The translations under genes were made by a program, and so were the position numbers. The notes below the pieces were generated by a model. That model searched no databases. It was not told the DNA's origin and saw only the letters and a list, made by a program, of their open reading frames with translations. Shown one piece after another: positions 56,480 to 64,000 of a stretch of 64,000 bases of DNA; position 1 is the stretch's first letter, and each line of letters opens with the position of its first letter. This DNA is from an uncultured Planctomycetales bacterium (GTDB lineage: Bacteria; Omnitrophota; Gorgyraeia; Zapsychrales; Fredricksoniimonadaceae), in NCBI GenBank assembly GCA_964583975.1, contig CAZOXU010000001.1:291552-355551 (forward strand). Reading direction: 5' to 3'.

Positions 56480-59367
56480 CTCAATGGGGTTTGCCAGATA
56501 TCTTTCAAATCAAAAATATCAGCGTTAATAATAACTTGATCCTTAAAACCATACACAATCATTTGTGGTGTTGTCTCAACTGTTGCGATCTTGGCATGGG
56601 CAATTCCTGCAAAAATCTTCTTAAAAGATTTTTCGTGGCGAGGTTCAACTTCCAGCAACAGCCTTGAATTACTCTCAGAGAATAAGACTACTTCTTCTTT
56701 ACGACGAACGCCTTGATAAGGCACATTTTTAACGAACCCTGTGACCCCAAGCCCACCAGCAAAAGCCATTTCAGCTAAGGCAACTGCAATACCTCCCTCA
56801 GAAACATCATGAGCTGAAGATATCAATCCTGCTTGATTAGCCTTTTCGATAGCTCGGTATGTTTTGATGGCTGATTTAAAATTAACTTTTGGAACATTTT
56901 GACCCAATTGTTCACTGTTAGCTAAATAAATACTTCCGCCTAGTTCATCTGAGCTTCTTCCCACAATATAAATGCTGTTTCCTGCTTTTTTCAAATCCAT
57001 GGTGAGGGTCTTAGCGCTATCTTCAACAATCCCGATAGCTGAAATTAAAATCGTGCCAGGAATGGCCAAAGATCGACCTTTATGCGCATATTCATTATAA
57101 AGACTGTCTTTACCTGAGATAAATGGCGCTCCAAAAGCTTTAGCAGCTTCATAACATCCTTGTGCACAACGAACCAGAGACCCTAAGCGATCGCTTTTAT
57201 CAGGATTACCCCAACAGAAATTATCCAACAGAGCTATTCTCTCTAAACTTCCGCCTACGGCAACGATCTGGCGAATTGCTTCATCAATACAAGAGGCTGC
57301 CATCCAAAAAGGATCAACCATCCCAAAACGAATATTAATGCCATTGCTGATCGCGACCGCTTTCTTGGAACCACGTACAGGAGAAAGAACAGCTGCATCA
57401 GACGGTCCATCGGTATGAACGCCCACCAGAGGTTTAATCACGCTAGTTGCCTGTACTTCATGATCATACACACGAATGATGGATTCTTTTGAAGCTACGT
57501 TTAAATGAGCCAGCGCAGCACAAAGATCATCATTGAGATCTTTTTTAGCTTTCAGTGTTTCTTTCTTCAATTTTGGAGCTTCATACACAGCTTCCTTGGT
57601 AATCTTAGGAAGACCATCGTGCAAGAAATGCATGTCTAAATCACAAACCTGGTGTCCTTGGAAAAATAATTGCAATCGTCCGCTGCCATCAAACTCGCCT
57701 AAGACCACGGCTTCGACATTTTCATCAGCAAAAACTTTTAAGAGCTCCTCGACCTTGGTTGGCGGGACTGACAAGACAATTCTTTCTTGCGATTCTGAAA
57801 TCCAAATTTCGGTGTAATTAAGACCTTGGTATTTTAAAGGAGCTCGATCCAAATCCACACGCGCGCCAGTCTGCGAACCCATTTCTCCCACAGCTGAAGA
57901 AAAACCACCAGCCCCGCAATCGGTGATCGCTGAATAAAGGTTACGATCGCGTGCTTTAAGAAGCGCATCCAAGACCTTCTTCTCTTCAATAGGATTACCA
58001 ATCTGTACCGCACCTGAAGAGACAGTTTCCGATTCACTGGTTAATTCACCTGAAGAAAAAGTGGCTCCATGAATACCATCGCGACCAGTTCGTCCACCGA
58101 CCGCAACAATCACATCGCCCTTATTGACCTTCTTAAATTCTTTGCCCTTAGGAATGATGCCTACGTTACCACAAAAGACCAATGGATTACCGACAAAATG
58201 CTTATCAAATACAATGGCGCCGTTAACAGTTGGGATCCCCATCTTATTGCCGTAATCACGGACCCCGGAAACAACCCCTTTCATCACACGTCTAGGATGC
58301 AGCGCTCCAGATGGAATCTCACTGGCTGGTGTATCAGGAGGTGCAAAACAAAATACGTCGGTATTAGCTAGAGGCTTGGCTGCCAAACCGGTACCTAAAA
58401 TATCACGAATGACACCGCCGACTCCGGTATTGGCTCCACCAAAAGGCTCAAGAGCTGAAGGATGATTGTGTGTCTCAACCTTAAAACACACATGATAATC
58501 CTTATCAAAGCTGATAATGCCTGCATTGTCATGAAAAACCGAGACACACCATTTTTTCTTTAAATCATTAGTGACCTTAGCAATCGTACTTTTAAATAAA
58601 CTACGGATAATCTGCGGCCGGCCTTTTTTACCCTCACGGTAACGGATGATGCCGCGAAACGTCTTATGATTACAGTGCTCACTCCAGGTTTGCGCAATGG
58701 TTTCTAATTCCACATCGGAGGGATTGCGGCCCTCCTTCTTAAAATGCGCCTGGATGGCTCGCATCTCATCAAGATTTAAATACAGTTGGCCTTTTTGGGA
58801 GAGCTCTTTTAACTGCCGATCATTGGCAGAAAGAAGATCAACAACTACTACGTCAAATTTAGTCTTGGCAGCAGCACTAATTAAAAGTGTTGATGGAATA
58901 GCCTGTGCCGCGTTCTTAACAGAATGCTGGATCAGTTTATTCATGAGCACGCGGGAGGTAATATGCTCAATTTCCTTCTCGGATAAACGTCCGAATAGAT
59001 GATATTGCTTAGCTGTACGCACAGCTTTGATACCATCAATGCCTAAATCACGAATACCTTTGATAGTGGATGCCTCCACGGGGTCCATGACTCCAGGATT
59101 GTAAGCAACTTCCACGATGTGGTGGTCTGAAGATGTCTTGGCTAGGGAAAATGAAAAGCCATATTCTTCAACGATAGGGTCAACTAAAAGCTCTTCACAG
59201 ATTTTTTTGACATCATCACGGCCAATGTCGCCCTCTAAAAGGTAAACACTCACCATCGAAACACGATCGAGGTGAGTGATCCCTAAATCTGTAATGTCTT
59301 TTAAAACAGCAGCGCCAGCGGAATCTAATAATCCGCTTTTTTGTCGAATTTCAACACGCCAAATCAT
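56476..59367 (-). CDS. purL: PurS-PurL fusion: phosphoribosylformylglycinamidine synthase II with N-terminal PurS domain
   Basis: First ~80 aa resemble PurS (MIWRVEIRQKSGLLDSAGAAVLKDI...); the remainder is PurL with duplicated AIRS-like domains. Confidence 0.9.
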   Translation of the reverse strand: MIWRVEIRQKSGLLDSAGAAVLKDITDLGITHLDRVSMVSVYLLEGDIGRDDVKKICEELLVDPIVEEYGFSFSLAKTSSDHHIVEVAYNPGVMDPVEASTIKGIRDLGIDGIKAVRTAKQYHLFGRLSEKEIEHITSRVLMNKLIQHSVKNAAQAIPSTLLISAAAKTKFDVVVVDLLSANDRQLKELSQKGQLYLNLDEMRAIQAHFKKEGRNPSDVELETIAQTWSEHCNHKTFRGIIRYREGKKGRPQIIRSLFKSTIAKVTNDLKKKWCVSVFHDNAGIISFDKDYHVCFKVETHNHPSALEPFGGANTGVGGVIRDILGTGLAAKPLANTDVFCFAPPDTPASEIPSGALHPRRVMKGVVSGVRDYGNKMGIPTVNGAIVFDKHFVGNPLVFCGNVGIIPKGKEFKKVNKGDVIVAVGGRTGRDGIHGATFSSGELTSESETVSSGAVQIGNPIEEKKVLDALLKARDRNLYSAITDCGAGGFSSAVGEMGSQTGARVDLDRAPLKYQGLNYTEIWISESQERIVLSVPPTKVEELLKVFADENVEAVVLGEFDGSGRLQLFFQGHQVCDLDMHFLHDGLPKITKEAVYEAPKLKKETLKAKKDLNDDLCAALAHLNVASKESIIRVYDHEVQATSVIKPLVGVHTDGPSDAAVLSPVRGSKKAVAISNGINIRFGMVDPFWMAASCIDEAIRQIVAVGGSLERIALLDNFCWGNPDKSDRLGSLVRCAQGCYEAAKAFGAPFISGKDSLYNEYAHKGRSLAIPGTILISAIGIVEDSAKTLTMDLKKAGNSIYIVGRSSDELGGSIYLANSEQLGQNVPKVNFKSAIKTYRAIEKANQAGLISSAHDVSEGGIAVALAEMAFAGGLGVTGFVKNVPYQGVRRKEEVVLFSESNSRLLLEVEPRHEKSFKKIFAGIAHAKIATVETTPQMIVYGFKDQVIINADIFDLKDIWQTPLR

Positions 59368-60071
59368 TATTTTTCTACTCTACGCAGAACCTCTTGGTAG
59401 GCCTCTTCAACATTGCCTAAATCTCGTCTGAAGCGATCCTTATCTAATTTCTTACCTGTACCAACTTCCCAAAGACGGCAGGTGTCTGGAGAAATTTCAT
59501 CAGCTAAAATGATATCTCCCTTGCAGCGTCCTAATTCAATCTTAAAATCAATCAATTCAATGTTGAGCTTCAAGAAGAATTGCTTGAGTGCATCATTGAC
59601 TTTGAAAGCCATAGCTGAAATTTTCTTCATTTCCTCATCGGTTGCTAATTTCAAAGCTCTGATATGATAATCATTGATAAGAGGGTCACCTAAGCTGTCA
59701 TCCTTAAAGCAATATTCCAAAATAGGACAAGCTAATTGTAAACCTTCTTGTAAACCTAACAAACGGCAAATCGAACCAGCGGCACGATTACGTATAATGA
59801 CCTCAATAGGAACAATCTCGACCTTTTTGACTAACATTTCTCGGTCGGAAAGTGTTTTGACGTAATGGGTGGTGACTCCCTCTTTAGCGAGATATTCAAA
59901 AATCTTTGAGGCAATACGGTTATTCATGACACCTTTTTGATCGATCATCCCCTTCTTTTGGGCATTAAAGGCTGTCGCCTCATCCTTAAAATACTGGATT
60001 AAAAGATCAGGATCTTTGGTGGTATAAAGAATTTTTGCTTTACCTTCGTAGATAGGATTAATTTTTTCCAT
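59367..60071 (-). CDS. purC: SAICAR synthetase
   Basis: YEGKAKILY N-terminal motif; 234 aa. Confidence 0.9.
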   Translation of the reverse strand: MEKINPIYEGKAKILYTTKDPDLLIQYFKDEATAFNAQKKGMIDQKGVMNNRIASKIFEYLAKEGVTTHYVKTLSDREMLVKKVEIVPIEVIIRNRAAGSICRLLGLQEGLQLACPILEYCFKDDSLGDPLINDYHIRALKLATDEEMKKISAMAFKVNDALKQFFLKLNIELIDFKIELGRCKGDIILADEISPDTCRLWEVGTGKKLDKDRFRRDLGNVEEAYQEVLRRVEK

Positions 60072-61366
60072 TATTTTATCCCCGCACGTTTAAAGATTTT
60101 ATCACGATGACGAATGTAGTATTTGATATCGAATGCACCATCGATTTCATTTTTAGATAAATACTTACGAACATGACGATCACGGTACAACACATCCTTG
60201 AATTCAGAAGATTCTTGCCAAACTTGCATGGCGCAAGACTGGACAATATCGTAAGCCGCATCACGAGAAAGACCTTTTTTCATTAATTCCAATAGCAAAC
60301 GTTGAGAATAAATCAATCCTCTGGTTTTGGATAATGAGGTGATCATGTTCTTTGGATAAACCAAAAGTCCCTCGATGATTGGGATGAATTTATTGATCAT
60401 GTAATTTAAAGCGATTGTAGAATCTGGTAGGATGACGCGCTCAGCAGATGAATGGCTGATATCACGTTCGTGCCATAAGTTGATATTTTCAAAGGCAACG
60501 ATGGCATTGGCTCTCAGGATACGAGAAAGACCGCAGATTCTTTCGCAGGTCACAGGATTTCTCTTATGAGGCATGGCCGAAGAACCAATTTGTCCTTTGA
60601 AGAAAGGCTCTTCAACTTCTAGAATCTCGGTTTTTTGTAAGGAACGAATTTCAGTAGCAAACTTCTCTAGTGAGCAACCAATCATCGCAATAACGCTGAC
60701 CAGCTGGCAATGCAAATCACGCTGCAAGATTTGCGTGGCCACATTAGCTGGTTTTAAATTCAATTGTTCACATACATATTCTTCGACAGAAGGATCAATG
60801 TTGGCATATGTACCGACAGCGCCAGAAAGTTTACCATAGCGCATCATTTCACGGGCTTGCTCTAAACGTTCTAAATTGCGAGTCATTTCATCATACCAAA
60901 TGGCCAATTTCAAACCAAAGGTCGTTGGTTCGGCATGTACCCCATGAGTACGAGCAATACAAACGGTGTCTTTATATTTTTTGGCTTTTTCTTTAATAAC
61001 AGCATTGAGCTTTTTGACATCGGAAATAAGAATATCGCAAGCTTCCACGCATTGCATCGATAAAGAGGTGTCTAACAGATCTGATGAAGTCATTCCCATG
61101 TGAAGATATTGCGCTTCTGGTCCAAGGCTCTGTCCTACGTTTTGGATGAATGCTACAACATCATGCTTAGTGCGTTCTTCTAAGCGACGAACTTCTTCTA
61201 AGTCAAATTTGGCATTCTTATTAATTTTGTCCATAGCTGCTTTAGGGATCATTCCTAATTTTGTCATGGCTTGGCAGGCTAAGATTTCAATTTTTAGCAT
61301 AATTTCCATCTTATGCTCGTCGGACCAAATGCGACTCATTTTTGACAGGGAATAACGATCAATCAT
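60071..61366 (-). CDS. purB: Adenylosuccinate lyase
   Basis: Fumarase/aspartase family signature GSSAMPHKRNP. Confidence 0.9.
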   Translation of the reverse strand: MIDRYSLSKMSRIWSDEHKMEIMLKIEILACQAMTKLGMIPKAAMDKINKNAKFDLEEVRRLEERTKHDVVAFIQNVGQSLGPEAQYLHMGMTSSDLLDTSLSMQCVEACDILISDVKKLNAVIKEKAKKYKDTVCIARTHGVHAEPTTFGLKLAIWYDEMTRNLERLEQAREMMRYGKLSGAVGTYANIDPSVEEYVCEQLNLKPANVATQILQRDLHCQLVSVIAMIGCSLEKFATEIRSLQKTEILEVEEPFFKGQIGSSAMPHKRNPVTCERICGLSRILRANAIVAFENINLWHERDISHSSAERVILPDSTIALNYMINKFIPIIEGLLVYPKNMITSLSKTRGLIYSQRLLLELMKKGLSRDAAYDIVQSCAMQVWQESSEFKDVLYRDRHVRKYLSKNEIDGAFDIKYYIRHRDKIFKRAGIK

Positions 61367-61551
61367 GGTAACTCCTTGAAAATACGGTTAATAAAATGTA
61401 GCTAAACAATTCAACCTCATTGATTTAGGGTGGGTGTGAAAGCGGGATAGAATATAGCAAAGAATATTTATTAGGTCAATCTAAAAAACACCACTTCCCA
61501 ACTATAAATATTGTAAGATATTGATATATATGCACTTACGTATATAAAAAA

Positions 61552-62178
61552 TTATTTGGTTTCCATCATTTCAGGAAATTTTTCCTTTAAATAACTAGCA
61601 CTTACATCCACGCTTTCTTTCATAATCTCACCAATGTGCCCTACGAGCTTCTTTCCCTTTTCCGAAGAGTAAAATTCAATATAGGTATTTAATTCCACCG
61701 AAGTAAAGTGCTTGTCATATAAAGGGATAAGTCTTTCAATAATTTCATCAACCTTGACTCGTTCACGAATTTTAGCCGCCATATCTGGCTTTTGTTGCTC
61801 CACCGCACTTAACATGGCTTCCATATTTTGAGCCATAACCTTGCGCGTGCCAAAAACTTCAATGAATTTTAGGATTAACGCTCTTTTTTGGACAGGATCA
61901 TCTTCGGTCTTGCTTGATATTGCATTCACAATAGAGCCGCCAACCGATTGAATAGGGACCTGAACCTGTTGTGAAGCAATCAATGGCTGGCCATCGATAT
62001 CTTTAATCTCATCTGCAAAATAGGTAATCTCTGTTCCATTAACCTCCACAGTCACACTTTTAAAATCTCTTTTGGTAATTTTTCCAACGATGGTTTTTCC
62101 ATCGTTTAAATTCACAGTCTCAGCCAGAGCTAAAGAACTCAAAGATAAAAATAGGACCGACAAAAATATTTTCTTCAT
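61552..62178 (-). CDS. Secreted hypothetical protein
   Basis: Signal peptide MKKIFLSVLFLSLSSLALA; no motif recognised. Confidence 0.3.
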   Translation of the reverse strand: MKKIFLSVLFLSLSSLALAETVNLNDGKTIVGKITKRDFKSVTVEVNGTEITYFADEIKDIDGQPLIASQQVQVPIQSVGGSIVNAISSKTEDDPVQKRALILKFIEVFGTRKVMAQNMEAMLSAVEQQKPDMAAKIRERVKVDEIIERLIPLYDKHFTSVELNTYIEFYSSEKGKKLVGHIGEIMKESVDVSASYLKEKFPEMMETK

Positions 62179-62205
62179 ATGATCTCCTTAAAGTTTTGTT
62201 GAGCT

Positions 62206-63318
62206 GTGAAATGTTCTATGTTACCATACGCAACCATGATTGAACAATTACGAAAAAATATTGATGTTTCTCTGGCTTCCTTCTTAAAAACCGTCAAGCG
62301 AGACTACAAATTACACCTTGTCTCTCCCCTTTTATTTGAGAGCATCCGGGAATTCACGTTAAGAGAAGGCAAACGTCTTCGTCCCCTACTCTTAATCCTT
62401 ACCTATAAAGCTTATAGCCCATCCGAGAAAAAAATTTCCAAAGAATTGTTTAATGCTTCAACTTGTATGGAATTCTTGCATAATTTCATGCTCATCCATG
62501 ATGATATCATCGATCGTTCTGATCTTCGTCGAGGACGACCAACACTCCATAAGGTCCTAGCACACACCGTGCCTACCAATAATCCTGATAAATTAGGCAT
62601 TGATCTGGGAATTATTGCAGGAGATATTGTTTACGCGCTCGCCATTGACGCCTTTTTGTCAATCAATGAACCTCTGGACCGTAAAGAACGTGCACTGAAA
62701 TATTTTATCCAAACAGCGGCTTTCACAGCTATGGGAGAATTTATTGACACAGTGCATGGAGTCAAGGGGCTTAAAGAAATTACCGAGAAAGATGTCTTCC
62801 TTAATTATACGTTAAAAACCGCGCGCTACACCTTTGATTGCCCGATGGTCACAGGCGCTATTCTTGCAGGAGCTCCGGAAAAAGACATTAAAAAACTCTC
62901 CGATTTTGGGGTACTAATTGGCCAAGCTTTTCAAATCCAAGATGACATCATTGGTATCTTTGAAACTGAGGAGAATATTGGCAAATCAATTTTAAGTGAC
63001 TTAGCTGAAGAGAAGAAAACCATCATGGTGATTCATGCGAATAAAACTCTGAAAGGTAAGAAGCACAGCCAATTCTTAAAGATCTTTACTAAAAAGACCA
63101 AAACTCTTAAAGATTTGGAAGAAATTAAGAAGATCTTTATCGAGGCCGGCAGCCTTGCTTACGCACTTGAAGCTGTGACATCGCGTCTGAAGAAATCTCA
63201 GGAAATTCTCTCTACATTGAAGATGAACGCCCAATACAAAGGTATCATCGAGCAATCATTATTAAAACTCTTCTCCCACAGTCAACGCATTGTAGACCTA
63301 TATCAACCGCACCGATAA
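62206..63318 (+). CDS. Polyprenyl diphosphate synthase (trans-isoprenyl diphosphate synthase family)
   Basis: First DDxxD LIHDDIIDRSDLRRGRPT and second FQIQDDIIG motifs. Confidence 0.8.
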   Translation: MKCSMLPYATMIEQLRKNIDVSLASFLKTVKRDYKLHLVSPLLFESIREFTLREGKRLRPLLLILTYKAYSPSEKKISKELFNASTCMEFLHNFMLIHDDIIDRSDLRRGRPTLHKVLAHTVPTNNPDKLGIDLGIIAGDIVYALAIDAFLSINEPLDRKERALKYFIQTAAFTAMGEFIDTVHGVKGLKEITEKDVFLNYTLKTARYTFDCPMVTGAILAGAPEKDIKKLSDFGVLIGQAFQIQDDIIGIFETEENIGKSILSDLAEEKKTIMVIHANKTLKGKKHSQFLKIFTKKTKTLKDLEEIKKIFIEAGSLAYALEAVTSRLKKSQEILSTLKMNAQYKGIIEQSLLKLFSHSQRIVDLYQPHR

Positions 63319-64000
63319 TTCATCTAAAACCAACTGCCCTTTTTGTGTGGCTTTGATTCTATTATTGTCTTTTAAAAAATACCCTTCATCGATAAATTCT
63401 TGCATCATCTTTTTATTAGATTCTGGAATCAAGGATGCCTCAATACCTTCATTCATCCGCAAACCAAATAAAACTTTCTCCATTAATAGGGTGTGTTCAT
63501 TTAAAATTTCAAAACCTTCAACCCTATCTTCTTCCACAAGATACTCCTGGAGCTTAGATTTATTCCAGTAGCGTCGATTATCCACAAATCCATGCGCGCC
63601 CATGCCTAAGCCGATATATCGTCCGCCCAACCAGTAATTCTTATTATGTTGTGACTCAAATCCTGCTTTTGAGAAATTACTAATCTCATATTGCTCAAAA
63701 CCATGCTGACCTAAAATCTCTGCAACCTTTAAATATCCTTGAGCAATCGTTTCTTCATCGTCTAATTTTATAGCACTGACGTGGAATCGGCTATTAGGCT
63801 CGATGGTTAAAGTGTATAACGATAAATGTTCGCTGCCCAAAGAAGCAATAGCCTTTACATCTTCTCGTAGCTCATCAGCTGTTTGAGAAGGAAACGCATA
63901 CATCAAATCTAAATTGATGTTTTTAAATCCTATTTTTCTAAGCAGATGGTAGACATTTCTGGCCTCTTGAGCACTATGCCGGCGTCCTAGAAATTTTAAA
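63298..64000 (-). CDS. hemW: HemW-like radical-SAM heme chaperone, C-terminal ~230 aa (N-terminus beyond window end)
   Basis: The frame stays open upstream of the annotated Met to position 64000 (…GRRHSAQEARNVYHLLRKIGFKNINLDLMYAFPSQT), which is typical of HemW/HemN. Confidence 0.7.
   Translation of the reverse strand, partial: LKFLGRRHSAQEARNVYHLLRKIGFKNINLDLMYAFPSQTADELREDVKAIASLGSEHLSLYTLTIEPNSRFHVSAIKLDDEETIAQGYLKVAEILGQHGFEQYEISNFSKAGFESQHNKNYWLGGRYIGLGMGAHGFVDNRRYWNKSKLQEYLVEEDRVEGFEILNEHTLLMEKVLFGLRMNEGIEASLIPESNKKMMQEFIDEGYFLKDNNRIKATQKGQLVLDELSVRLI

Overview
This is a 64-kb chromosomal window from a roughly 40% GC diderm bacterium. LptE-like, BamD-like and MurJ genes are present, but I cannot assign the lineage by eye.

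Nearly every gene from 11.7 to 62.2 kb sits on the minus strand in tightly packed operons. In order:
- comEC(partial)/comEA
- CDF transporter
- UvrD-like helicase plus an EndoQ-like PHP nuclease
- leuS
- speH-like decarboxylase
- thiS-thiG-thiH-thiF (plus strand)
- secreted HExxH protein
- aldolase/SDR fusion
- cysK
- mnmG
- a LacI-regulated glycan-utilisation locus (glycoside hydrolase, solute-binding protein, two ABC permeases, GPH symporter, YfhO-like membrane protein)
- uvrC
- murJ
- rpsT (plus strand)
- holA
- lptE
- bamD-like
- a ~1500-aa secreted modular giant protein
- hflX
- miaA
- SPOR/TPR protein
- metC-like
- ygfZ-like
- cca
- DUF151 nuclease
- nrdR
- glyA
- rpiB
- tsaC fused to an LMW phosphatase
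- a purine cluster (purD, purM, purQ, LOG, purS-purL fusion, purC, purB) interrupted by an AT-rich type II restriction-modification pair
- polyprenyl synthase (plus strand)
- hemW (partial)

I found no rRNA, tRNA or CRISPR array.

The most unusual feature is a set of at least four families of short nested-palindrome repeat elements, 13 copies totalling about 0.9 kb.
- Family II (GTAGGGG...CCCCTAC) is inserted in-frame inside three unrelated ORFs (leuS, the helicase and the giant protein), like the Rickettsia palindromic elements (RPEs); a fourth mini copy sits between purM and purD.
- Family III (AAATTAGGGACAGCGCCCTATTT hairpin) supplies the last codons and stop of three genes (miaA, cca, purD). 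Two unrelated enzymes therefore end in the same peptide, KLGTAPYLASKK.
- Families I and IV (GTCATCC... termini) are intercistronic MITE/REP-like elements; one of them creates an upstream ATG for nrdR.

Coordinates of the repeats are hand-counted and may be off by 1-2 nt.
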